Shown: positions 18,385 to 26,516 of the stretch, in pieces
Position numbering within the stretch: position 1 is the first letter of the stretch
Layout of the letters: every line of letters starts with the position of its first letter
From: Ktedonobacterales bacterium
GTDB taxonomy: Bacteria; Chloroflexota; Ktedonobacteria; Ktedonobacterales; JADMIN01
DNA length: 36,354 nt
Assembly: GCA_025936795.1 (NCBI GenBank)
Contig: JAICSR010000003.1
Location: 1-36,354, forward strand
Direction of reading: 5' to 3'
Made by a program: the position numbers and the translations under genes
The notes under the pieces: model-generated
Databases searched by the model: none
The model's input: the letters and a program-made list of their open reading frames with translations, nothing else
Told to the model about the DNA's origin: nothing

Positions 18385-19827
18385 ATGTCAATCGTCTCGC
18401 GAGCGCTCCATCCACAGAGCCAGCGACAATCAGACCCACGAGCGAACGTCGTGACGCAGCGCCACAGCACCTTTGCGGCGCTGCGTTTCCGTAACTTCAA
18501 GCTCTTCTGGCTGGGGCAGATCATCTCTGTCACTGGCACCTTCATGCAGAGCACAGCGCAGCAGTGGCTCGTACTGACGCTCTCGAAGAGTCCGTTGGCG
18601 CTGGGCATCACTGGCGCGCTGCAGTTTGGCCCATCGCTGCTGCTCGGCCCCTTCGCAGGTGGACTGATTGACCGCTACCCTCGTCGCTCGATTCTCTATG
18701 TGACTCAGGTGTCGCAGGGCATCCTGGCGGCGGCGCTCTGGCTCGACACGCTTTCCGGCTTTGTGCAGCTCTGGCATGTGTATGTGCTGGCGCTGCTGCT
18801 GGGCCTCTTCACGGCGATAGACAACCCGACACGCCAGGCGTTTGTGAGCGAGATGGTGCCAACCTCGCACCTGCTCAACGCCATCTCGCTGAACTCCGTG
18901 CAGTTCAATGTCGCGCGCATCGTCGGCCCAGCCATCGCCGGAGGGATGATCGCGCTGCTTGGCATCCCGCTGATGTTCCTGCTCAATGCGATCAGTTTCG
19001 TCGCCGTCATCATCGGCCTATGGATGATGCGCGCGAAAGACCTCTATAACATTCCACGCCGCCCCGACGCCTTGCATGGGCTGCGGGCGATGAGTCAGGG
19101 CGTACGCTTCATCTGGGCCGACCGCGACGTGCGCATCACCTTTCTGCTGATTACGGTGGTCGGCACGCTGGGCTTCAATTTCAATGTGCTGCTGCCCCTG
19201 CTGGCCTCTGATACGCTGCATGCCGGCGCAGCGGAGTTTGGGCTGCTGACCTCAGCGCTGGGCGCGGGCGCGCTGGCGGGCGCGCTGATGCTGGCGCGGC
19301 GCGGTGGCAAGCCGACGCACCTGATGCTGGCAGGAACCGCCGCGCTCTTTGGCCTGATGGAGGCGCTCACTGGCCAGACGACCTCGCTGGTTGTCACGCT
19401 GCTCTTCATCGCGGCGACAGGCGCCATGATGAGCACCTTCTCGGCCTCGGCGAACACCACTGTGCAGCTCTCCGCGCCGCCTGAGATGCGTGGCCGCGTG
19501 ATGAGTGTCTACACGACGATCTTCATTGGCAGCACTCCGGTAGGCAATCTGGCGACCAGCAGCATCGCAGCGGCGATGGGCGTGCCGTTCAGCTTCGCCT
19601 TCACCGGGCTGCCATGCATTGCGGCGGCGGGCGTCGCGGCGTGGCTCTGGCGGCGCGAAAAGTTGACCCAGCGCGCTCCTTCGTCGGTGGTGGTAGTGGA
19701 TAGCACGGAGGCTGCGATGACCGCGATGGCAGAGACACGCCTGAGTACGGGTGTGCTGCCCGAGTCGCTCGCCAGCGCCAGCGGCATCCATCGCGCGCCC
19801 AGCGCGCCTACACGCAACGCCGACTAA
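18385..19827 (+). CDS. MFS transporter (DUF894/MFS_3-like)
   Basis: FAALRFRNFKLFWLGQIIS, GGLIDRYPRR, DNPTRQAFVSEMV, ARIVGPAIAG, MRGRVMS; about 12 TM. Confidence 0.93.
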   Translation: MSIVSRALHPQSQRQSDPRANVVTQRHSTFAALRFRNFKLFWLGQIISVTGTFMQSTAQQWLVLTLSKSPLALGITGALQFGPSLLLGPFAGGLIDRYPRRSILYVTQVSQGILAAALWLDTLSGFVQLWHVYVLALLLGLFTAIDNPTRQAFVSEMVPTSHLLNAISLNSVQFNVARIVGPAIAGGMIALLGIPLMFLLNAISFVAVIIGLWMMRAKDLYNIPRRPDALHGLRAMSQGVRFIWADRDVRITFLLITVVGTLGFNFNVLLPLLASDTLHAGAAEFGLLTSALGAGALAGALMLARRGGKPTHLMLAGTAALFGLMEALTGQTTSLVVTLLFIAATGAMMSTFSASANTTVQLSAPPEMRGRVMSVYTTIFIGSTPVGNLATSSIAAAMGVPFSFAFTGLPCIAAAGVAAWLWRREKLTQRAPSSVVVVDSTEAAMTAMAETRLSTGVLPESLASASGIHRAPSAPTRNAD

Positions 19828-19942
19828 GAACAGTTTGCGAGAGTAGCCGCCGATAGCGCGTAGTCACGACAGTGGGCGCAGCCCCAGACGACGCACAGTG
19901 GCTCGCATGGCCCGCTACTCACATCAGCGAGGATATAACCGC

Positions 19943-20278
19943 ATGAAGGCGCTCAAGACAGGCAACCTGGCGCTCCTATTCCTGCTCGAGCTGTGCATGC
20001 TCGCCGCGCTGGCATTCTGGGGATTCCACATGGGCGGCAGCCTGATGGTGAAGCTGGCGCTGGGCATCGGCGCGCCGCTGCTGGCCGCGATTGTCTGGGG
20101 CATCCTCATGGCTCCGAGGGCGGCGATCAAGCTGCCCACCCCGGCGCATCTGGCGCTCTTTCTGGTGATCTTCGGCGCGGCGGCGCTGGCGCTCGCCGTG
20201 GCTGGCCAGCCGCTGCTCGCCGTCATCTTCATAGCGCTCTCGATCTTGAGCAAGGCGCTGACCTACGTCTGGCGCTGA
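19943..20278 (+). CDS. YrdB family (DUF2568) membrane protein
   Basis: NLALLFLLEL...WGF...GIGAPLLAAIVWGILMAPRA; GAGGA SD. Confidence 0.85.
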   Translation: MKALKTGNLALLFLLELCMLAALAFWGFHMGGSLMVKLALGIGAPLLAAIVWGILMAPRAAIKLPTPAHLALFLVIFGAAALALAVAGQPLLAVIFIALSILSKALTYVWR

Positions 20279-20293
20279 CCTACGTCTGGCGCT
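20254..20293. repeat. 17-bp tandem duplication at YrdB 3' end
   Basis: ggcgctgacctacgtct x2 plus ggcgct; the first copy ends the gene in TGA, the second reads TYVWR-TAA. Confidence 0.9.
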
Positions 20294-20409
20294 AACATCC
20301 CGAATGGCTGCTGTGCCGCGCCTCAACGTGCGCTGGGACGAGGGTCGCCGCATGCTATACTGACGGGACGGCGCGCGAGCCAGCCAGACGACCGGGAGGA
20401 TGTGACTGG

Positions 20410-21882
20410 ATGAGTGACGATCAGGTTCAGGGGTCGCTCTTTGGCGAAGCGCCGCTGGCGCCACGTAGCGCTGGGCGCGCAGCCGCGAGCCGCCCGCAGC
20501 CCGTGGAAGGCGCGCCGGAGGGCGATCAGACGCCTGCGCATGCGCAGCCGCTCGCCCAGCGCATGCGGCCGCGCACGCTCGATGAGGTGGTCGGCCAGCA
20601 GCATCTGCTGGCGCCAGGGCGCGCGCTGCGCCGCAGCATCGAGAGCGACCACACGCCGTCCATGATTCTCTGGGGGCCACCGGGCAGCGGCAAGACGACC
20701 ATCGCCAGCGTCATCGCGCAGACGACACAGGCGCGCTTCGTACCATTGAGCGCGGTGACAGCGGGTGTGGCCGATCTGCGCCGCGTGGTGGACGATGCGG
20801 CCAAGCTGCTGCGCGCCACCGGACGCCACTCGATCCTCTTCATTGACGAGATTCACCGCTTCTCGAAGTCGCAGCAGGACGCGATTCTGCCGCATGTGGA
20901 GCGTGGCACGGTGACGCTGATCGGCGCGACGACCGAGAACCCCTCCTTCGAGGTCAATGCGGCGCTGCTCTCGCGCTCGCGCGTCTACACCCTGCACGCG
21001 CTCAGCGACGACGACATTCTGGACCTGCTGCGGCGGGCGCTGAGTGACGAGTCGCGTGGCCTGGGCGCCGCGCGCATCAGCCTCACTGACGACGCGCTTG
21101 GCTATATCGCCAATATGGCCAATGGCGACGCACGCGCAGCGCTGAATCTGCTGGAGTTGGGGGCGAGTGTCAGCCTGCCACAACCCGATGGCGCCAGGCT
21201 GCTCGATCTGCCAACCGTCGAGGACGCGGCGCAACATCGCGCGCTGCTCTATGACAAGGGCGGCGAGGAGCATTACAACCTGATCTCGGCGCTGCATAAG
21301 GCGCTGCGTGGCTCCGACCCCGATGCGGCGGTCTACTGGCTGGCGCGTATGCTGGAGTCTGGCGAAGACCCACTCTATATCGCGCGGCGGCTGGTGCGCT
21401 TCGCCACCGAGGATGTGGGACTGGCCGACCCACACGCCCTGCCGCTCTGCATGGCGGCGCAGCAGGCGGTTCACTTCATCGGGGCGCCAGAGGGCGCGCT
21501 AGCGCTGGCTGAGGCGGCGATCTATCTGGCGACCGCGCCCAAGAGCAACGCCATCTATCGGGCATACAGCGCCGCCTGCGAGGACGTGCGGGCGACCCGC
21601 AATGATCCCGTGCCACTGCATCTGCGCAATGCGCCAACACGGCTGATGAGCGAACAGGACTACGGCAAGGGCTACATCTATGCGCACGATAGCTACGGCG
21701 GCGCGCCTGACCCGGCGGACCCCCAGCGCCCACCGCCGCAACGCCTGCAAGGCTACCTGCCCGAACGCCTCGCCGAGCGCGCCTATTACCAACCTGGCGA
21801 GCAGGGCGCCGAGGCGTCGCTGGCTGCCTGGCTCCGCCGCCGACGCCAGACCACGCCGCCAGAACCACCAGCGTCTGAATAA
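20410..21882 (+). CDS. rarA: Replication-associated recombination protein A (RarA/MgsA AAA+ ATPase)
   Basis: [59 protein letters not shown]; TGcTATACT at 20353. Confidence 0.95.
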   Translation: MSDDQVQGSLFGEAPLAPRSAGRAAASRPQPVEGAPEGDQTPAHAQPLAQRMRPRTLDEVVGQQHLLAPGRALRRSIESDHTPSMILWGPPGSGKTTIASVIAQTTQARFVPLSAVTAGVADLRRVVDDAAKLLRATGRHSILFIDEIHRFSKSQQDAILPHVERGTVTLIGATTENPSFEVNAALLSRSRVYTLHALSDDDILDLLRRALSDESRGLGAARISLTDDALGYIANMANGDARAALNLLELGASVSLPQPDGARLLDLPTVEDAAQHRALLYDKGGEEHYNLISALHKALRGSDPDAAVYWLARMLESGEDPLYIARRLVRFATEDVGLADPHALPLCMAAQQAVHFIGAPEGALALAEAAIYLATAPKSNAIYRAYSAACEDVRATRNDPVPLHLRNAPTRLMSEQDYGKGYIYAHDSYGGAPDPADPQRPPPQRLQGYLPERLAERAYYQPGEQGAEASLAAWLRRRRQTTPPEPPASE

Positions 21883-21902
21883 CCCCCACTATCGAACGAA
21901 AA

Positions 21903-21942
21903 CCCCTCTCCCGCCGCAGCGGGGGAGGGGTTGGGGAGGGGG
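21903..21942. repeat. REP-like palindromic element
   Basis: cccctctcccgc-cgca-gcgggggaggggttggggaggggg; reverse complement of 8927-8967 with one substitution and one indel. Confidence 0.8.
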
Positions 21943-21953
21943 CCGCGTCGAAC

Positions 21954-22385
21954 CTAGTTGTGTGCGGTCATCTGCGTCTCGCTGGCGCGCAGACGATGGC
22001 TCAGCACCGTCAGCAGCTTGATGCTGATGTCTGGGGCCTCACGCAGCGACGCACGGAAGTCCCAGACGGGGATGACGATGGCCTTCGTCGGCTCGGTCGC
22101 CACGACAGTCGCTGTGCGCGGCATATCGTCGAGCAGCGACATCTCGCCAAGGGCGGCGCCACGGCCAAAGTCGCCCAACTCGCGCGTTTCGCCGTCAGCC
22201 GTCGCCTGGTTCACATGCACCGAGCCGGCTGTAATGATGAATAGCCCCACACCCGTTTCACCCTGGCGCAACAGCGTCGCGCCAGCAGGATACTCGCGTT
22301 CTCGCGCGTTTGCCGCGAGAACGGTGAGTTCACGCCGTGTAAGTCCTTGGAACAATGGCACTTGAGCCAGCGCGTCTTCGAACAA
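21954..22385 (-). CDS. Stand-alone cyclic nucleotide-binding domain protein
   Basis: LAQVPLFQGL, RQGETGVGLFIITAGSV, LGEMSLLDDMPRTATV; no CRP HTH; TTG start after GGAG. Confidence 0.88.
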   Translation of the reverse strand: MFEDALAQVPLFQGLTRRELTVLAANAREREYPAGATLLRQGETGVGLFIITAGSVHVNQATADGETRELGDFGRGAALGEMSLLDDMPRTATVVATEPTKAIVIPVWDFRASLREAPDISIKLLTVLSHRLRASETQMTAHN

Positions 22386-22529
22386 GGGATATGCTCCATT
22401 TCTCTGCAAGCGGCTTCTGCGACATGGGAAAGCGCGTCTTGATGGAGTGTACACCACAACGCGGGCAGACGTGAGTCGCTGCCTGCCCGCACTATGGTCT
22501 ACTCTGCGCTGTGTTGTAGGTCTGGCTCG

Positions 22530-24638
22530 TTATTCGCCGTAGTCACCGCGACCTCGACCACGCTGCGGATCAGGGTCCTGGTCGGGCCACTCGGGCAGGC
22601 GGTTGCGTGTCGGCGATCCGTTCCCGTTCTGGGCGCCCTGGCGTGGGCCTGAGACCGGGCCGCGTATGCCGCGCGTGCGGGCTGGAGGCGGCGCAGAGGG
22701 ATCAGGGCGCGATGGGCCAACATATCCGCCAGTTGGGAACTCCGGAAGTGGCGGCATCGGCATGCCAATATCGCCGCCAGCGTCGCCACCATAGGAGCGC
22801 CGTCCACCGAATGGCCCGCCATCCATTGGCCCACTGGCAGGGTTCATCATGCCATAGTTGTCCACCGGGTTATGCGGCGGCGGTCCGAGCGGAGGCAATC
22901 GGTCCGAACCACTCATCCCGCCCATGCCGTTCATGCCACCCATGCCGTTCATCCCGCCCATGCCATTCATGCCACCCATCTGGCCCTGCCCCATGCCGCC
23001 CATCTGCCCCATGCCGCCCATCTGCCCCATCTGCCCCATGCCGCCCATCTGGCCAAGTGAGCCAGATGAGGGAGCGCCTGCGGGTCGGCCATACATGCCG
23101 TTCATCCCGCCCATCTGCCCCATCTGCCCCATCTGCCCCATGCCTGCCATCTGCTGGCCCATCTGCCCCATGCCATTCATGCCGCCCATCTGCCCCATGC
23201 CAGCGCCGCTGAGGTCGGCGGCTGTCCCTGGCATGCGACCCATGTGCTGGCCACCGCCGAAGCGCATGCTCTGATCGCTGCGCGCTCCGGTCATCGCCCG
23301 CTGTCCCATCGGGGCGCCCATTCCGTAGGCGGACATCTGGCCCATCGAGGGCTGCGACATGATCTGACCAGCGCTCGCCATCGCGCCGACCATCGCAGGC
23401 TCCATCTCCGCCATGGTTGGTTCCTGCGGAGCGGAGCGGATGCGCTGCACGCCGACGAGCTGTTGCAGGTCAGCGATAACCTCGTCGAGCCGCGCCGCGC
23501 TGTCGGTCGCTTCATGCGAGCTAGCGGCTACTTGCTCGGCGATCTCGATAACCGCCTGCATGGCGCTCGTCATGCGGTCGTATTGCTGAGCCTCCTGGCG
23601 GCTTGAAGCGCTGATGTCGCGCACCGACCGCGTGATGAAGGCCAGAATCGAGTCAATCTGCATCGGCGAGATTTCGGCGCGCTTCTGGATGACCTGGTTG
23701 CCCATCTGGGCCAACTGATCGGTGCGGTGTGAGATGTCGCGTGTGGTCTCGGCGAAGTTCTGCAGCGCCTTGTTGATGGAGTTGACCGCCCAGACCTGCT
23801 GCTGCGAGCCACCCGCCTGCTGCGCGGCGATAGCGCCGATGCGCTCCGAGGCGCTGATGACCTGCCGCGCGACGTTTTGCAGCGTGGTGATGATCGCGGC
23901 GCCGAAGAGCAGCGCGAAGATCACGCCGGCGATCATGATAATGAGACCGAGCAGCAACAACTGAATCGTCGTCGAGCGCTGGAAGGTCGTCACTGTGTCG
24001 AGCGGCACGCCGACAGCCAGCACACCAATCAGGCGCTGCTGCGGATTAAGCAACGGATAGTAATCGGTGTAATACTGCTGGCCCGCGAAGGGGACGACAC
24101 CCAGCCACTCTTTCGGCGTCGCGGTGTTGAGCGCCATGTTGCCAGCGGCGTCCTGCTCGATCCGATTGCCCACCAGGCGCGACACGCCGCCAGTGCTATT
24201 CGTCGCTGAACCATGCAGCGTTGTGGAGACGCGCGTGCAGGAGCCGGTCGGCCCGACCGCATTGGCGCACTGATAGATGCTGACAAATCCACCGATCAGC
24301 TGCTGCACCTGGTCTACATAGTCCACGTCACCATTCAGCTGATATTTGCCGAATTGGCCAGTGGTGGTGAACGTGCTGAGGTCTTTGCCGGCTGTGGGGG
24401 AATCGGTGACGAGCTGGTTATTCGACGAGATGGAGATGTTCTGGCCATACTGCGTCTGCAAGACCAGCAAGGCAATCTTCATGTTCTGCTGTTCTTGCGT
24501 GTGCGTCTGCTGCAATGCGTATTGCTGAATCGCGTTATTCGCAATGAACAGGGTGGCGCCCGTACTCAACAGCGCGCCCAGCAGCAACGTGAGGGTAAGT
24601 TGCGCTCGTATACCCAGACGAAACCGTCGTCGTCCCAT
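22530..24638 (-). CDS. Cache-domain transmembrane receptor with truncated MCP-like cytoplasmic domain and Met/Gly/Gln-rich tail
   Basis: TM1; Cache_3/Cache_2-like DYVDQV...RVSTTL...YYTDYYPLLNPQQRLIGVLAVGVP; TM2; MCP-like heptads AQQAGGSQQQ and ISASSRQEAQQ...SAARLDEVIADL; low-complexity C-terminus. Confidence 0.8.
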   Translation of the reverse strand: MGRRRFRLGIRAQLTLTLLLGALLSTGATLFIANNAIQQYALQQTHTQEQQNMKIALLVLQTQYGQNISISSNNQLVTDSPTAGKDLSTFTTTGQFGKYQLNGDVDYVDQVQQLIGGFVSIYQCANAVGPTGSCTRVSTTLHGSATNSTGGVSRLVGNRIEQDAAGNMALNTATPKEWLGVVPFAGQQYYTDYYPLLNPQQRLIGVLAVGVPLDTVTTFQRSTTIQLLLLGLIIMIAGVIFALLFGAAIITTLQNVARQVISASERIGAIAAQQAGGSQQQVWAVNSINKALQNFAETTRDISHRTDQLAQMGNQVIQKRAEISPMQIDSILAFITRSVRDISASSRQEAQQYDRMTSAMQAVIEIAEQVAASSHEATDSAARLDEVIADLQQLVGVQRIRSAPQEPTMAEMEPAMVGAMASAGQIMSQPSMGQMSAYGMGAPMGQRAMTGARSDQSMRFGGGQHMGRMPGTAADLSGAGMGQMGGMNGMGQMGQQMAGMGQMGQMGQMGGMNGMYGRPAGAPSSGSLGQMGGMGQMGQMGGMGQMGGMGQGQMGGMNGMGGMNGMGGMNGMGGMSGSDRLPPLGPPPHNPVDNYGMMNPASGPMDGGPFGGRRSYGGDAGGDIGMPMPPLPEFPTGGYVGPSRPDPSAPPPARTRGIRGPVSGPRQGAQNGNGSPTRNRLPEWPDQDPDPQRGRGRGDYGE
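22914..23200 (-). repeat. Coding 9-bp and 18-bp repeats (GQM, GGMNGM)
   Basis: Runs of cccatctgc and cccatgccrttcatscc on the + strand. Confidence 0.9.
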
Positions 24639-24834
24639 GATGACTCGTCCTCCTCCGCTCGTCTGGGCTCAGCCGAACCGGACGATCAGGATGCTGACAG
24701 CAAATATGTGGCGCATGACATCAAGGTGAGCGCATCGCGCACGCCGAAGCGCGCAGCGGAAGCGAACGCCCCATCATTCAGGGGCCATGCGCGTAAGTGT
24801 CTCTATTGTAACGTATGAGCGGCGTCACGTCTCA

Positions 24835-25599
24835 CTAGAGCAGTACGAGTCCTAGAATGCGCAAGTGATTGAGCACGGAATACAGCTCGGTGTCGCTGCG
24901 ACGGGTGAGTTTGACCAGGTCAGAGATGGTACGCTGACCATCTACAAGCAACAAGACCATCCGCTCGCGTCGGTCGAGCGGGAGCTGATCAACCTGCTCT
25001 GAGAGCGACGTGCGCCGTGGGCGCGCGAGCAACTGCTCTGGCCGCAACGGCAGCGGGGGGGTAGCGGTCGCGGTGGAACTGTATCCAGCCGATCCAGCGG
25101 GATTCGCGTAGGGGTCGGGCGCCCCCTGATAGCCATAGCCCGGATACCCCGACGGATCCGTATCGAAGTATCCCGGTGAGGAGACATCGCCAGATGCGCT
25201 AAAGTCGGGGAGTGGTGAGAGCGGGCCGAGTGAACTGGTGGAAGGGTAGCCATAGGATGGCCACGAGCCTGCCGTGCTGGGAGGTGGGTTGCTGGGCGCA
25301 TAGGAGGGGGTGGACTGTTGCTGCTGCGGGAGCGACGGATAGTTTGGGTCTATATCAGCCGCCACCTCATCAAACAGGTACATGCACTCGCCCCAGTTCG
25401 AGAGAGCATTGAGGGCCGTGCCGCCTGTGAGCGAGCCGAGCAAGGCCGAGACTGGCTCACCCGCGATGAACCGAATCTGCCCAATCTCGCGCTGTGGCCC
25501 CTGCCCGCGTGTGGCGCGCAGGATGCCGCTCTGCTTCGAGAGCGTCACCATCTGTACGACATTACTCAGCCGGGTCGTCGTGGTGAATCGAGAAGCCAT
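24835..25599 (-). CDS. DUF4388 (PATAN-like) domain protein with C-terminal winged-helix
   Basis: LSNVVQMVTLSKQSGILRATRG...GQIRFIAGEPVSA...ALNALSNW; P/S/Y linker; LLLVDGQRTISDLVKLTRRS...LNHLRILGLV. Confidence 0.82.
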   Translation of the reverse strand: MASRFTTTTRLSNVVQMVTLSKQSGILRATRGQGPQREIGQIRFIAGEPVSALLGSLTGGTALNALSNWGECMYLFDEVAADIDPNYPSLPQQQQSTPSYAPSNPPPSTAGSWPSYGYPSTSSLGPLSPLPDFSASGDVSSPGYFDTDPSGYPGYGYQGAPDPYANPAGSAGYSSTATATPPLPLRPEQLLARPRRTSLSEQVDQLPLDRRERMVLLLVDGQRTISDLVKLTRRSDTELYSVLNHLRILGLVLL

Positions 25600-25982
25600 T
25601 GGCACACTCCCTGCGCGGACGTTCTCGTCCGCGCGTTCACACCAAGCTCGCGAGCGCTCGGAAGTGTGCTGTCACCGATGACAGGATCACATAATCGCGC
25701 TCGAAGACGATTCCATTACTGTCACATGCGCAGGTGCAGCGGCGCAATGCCACTGCATTCCACAGCAGTGATGCAATCAGGTACGTCAGGGACGTTGGGT
25801 ACAGGGGCCAACAGGCGCCGAATGACCTTCACGCTCCCGGTGAGCGGCCGTTGCCCGTGTCTGGGTGACGCCACCACCGCAATAAACAACGACCTGGCCA
25901 GCATGGGCAATCTGTGAGCCTACCTTAGCACACATGTCAAGAGAGCGCCACTGGGCCACAGCGCCAGGTGGTGGCGCTGGCT

Positions 25983-26237
25983 CTAGCGCGCAGGTGTTTC
26001 GACCGTCGCTGGCTGCGTCTCGGTCGCTGATGTGTCGTCGCGCTCAAGCTCCGCAAGGCGTTGGCGTAGTTGCTCTGCCAACTGACGATATTCGAGCGCA
26101 CGCTGCTCGTCCCACTTCGGCATGATCGCCTCGCGTCCGCCGTTGCCGACAGCGCGATCAATCAGGCCCGCGTAGAACTCATACGCCTGTATCTGGAGCC
26201 GGAGCAACTCCTTTTCATCCGCAGGCTGCTGTGCCAT
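25983..26237 (-). CDS. Small helical hypothetical protein (84 aa)
   Basis: GGAGGG SD, ATG, own promoter; MAQQPADEKELLRLQIQAYEFY...YRQLAEQLRQRLAELE. Confidence 0.7.
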   Translation of the reverse strand: MAQQPADEKELLRLQIQAYEFYAGLIDRAVGNGGREAIMPKWDEQRALEYRQLAEQLRQRLAELERDDTSATETQPATVETPAR

Positions 26238-26365
26238 GTTTTCCCTCCACTCGGCCAAGCGGTAGGCGCGCTGATCGCGAGAGCGCTATTTTCGCCATAT
26301 GCGCCAGGCGAACGGCGCGCTGCGTGCGCAGCCACCTTCGCAAGACCGAACGCATGATTGGCCTC

Positions 26366-26394
26366 AGGGTAGCACAGCCTTGCCGATGGGTCAA
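26366..26394 (-). promoter_or_regulatory. Sigma-A type promoter with -35 inside an inverted repeat
   Basis: Minus strand TTGACC-17 nt-TACCCT with TGTG extension; inverted repeat 26384-26415 (13/15 match). Confidence 0.6.
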
Positions 26395-26516
26395 GAGATG
26401 TCGCCTGACCCATCGCGCTGCGTGCAAGCGGCAGGCGCCGCGCATGCGCGGAGTGGGGCGCGGCGTCGAGAGCGTGTCCTCGCTGCGCCCGACGCCTTCT
26501 TATGTCGCGCAACAGG

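Noticed and set aside
22858-23274. Plus-strand Pro/Ile/Cys/Met repeat ORF, or a CRISPR-like array
   Set aside because: It is the reverse complement of the GQM coding repeats; there are no unique spacers or cas genes.
25922-25940. Minus-strand TTGACA as a -35 element
   Set aside because: The nearest -10-like hexamers are 7 and 12 nt away, not about 17.
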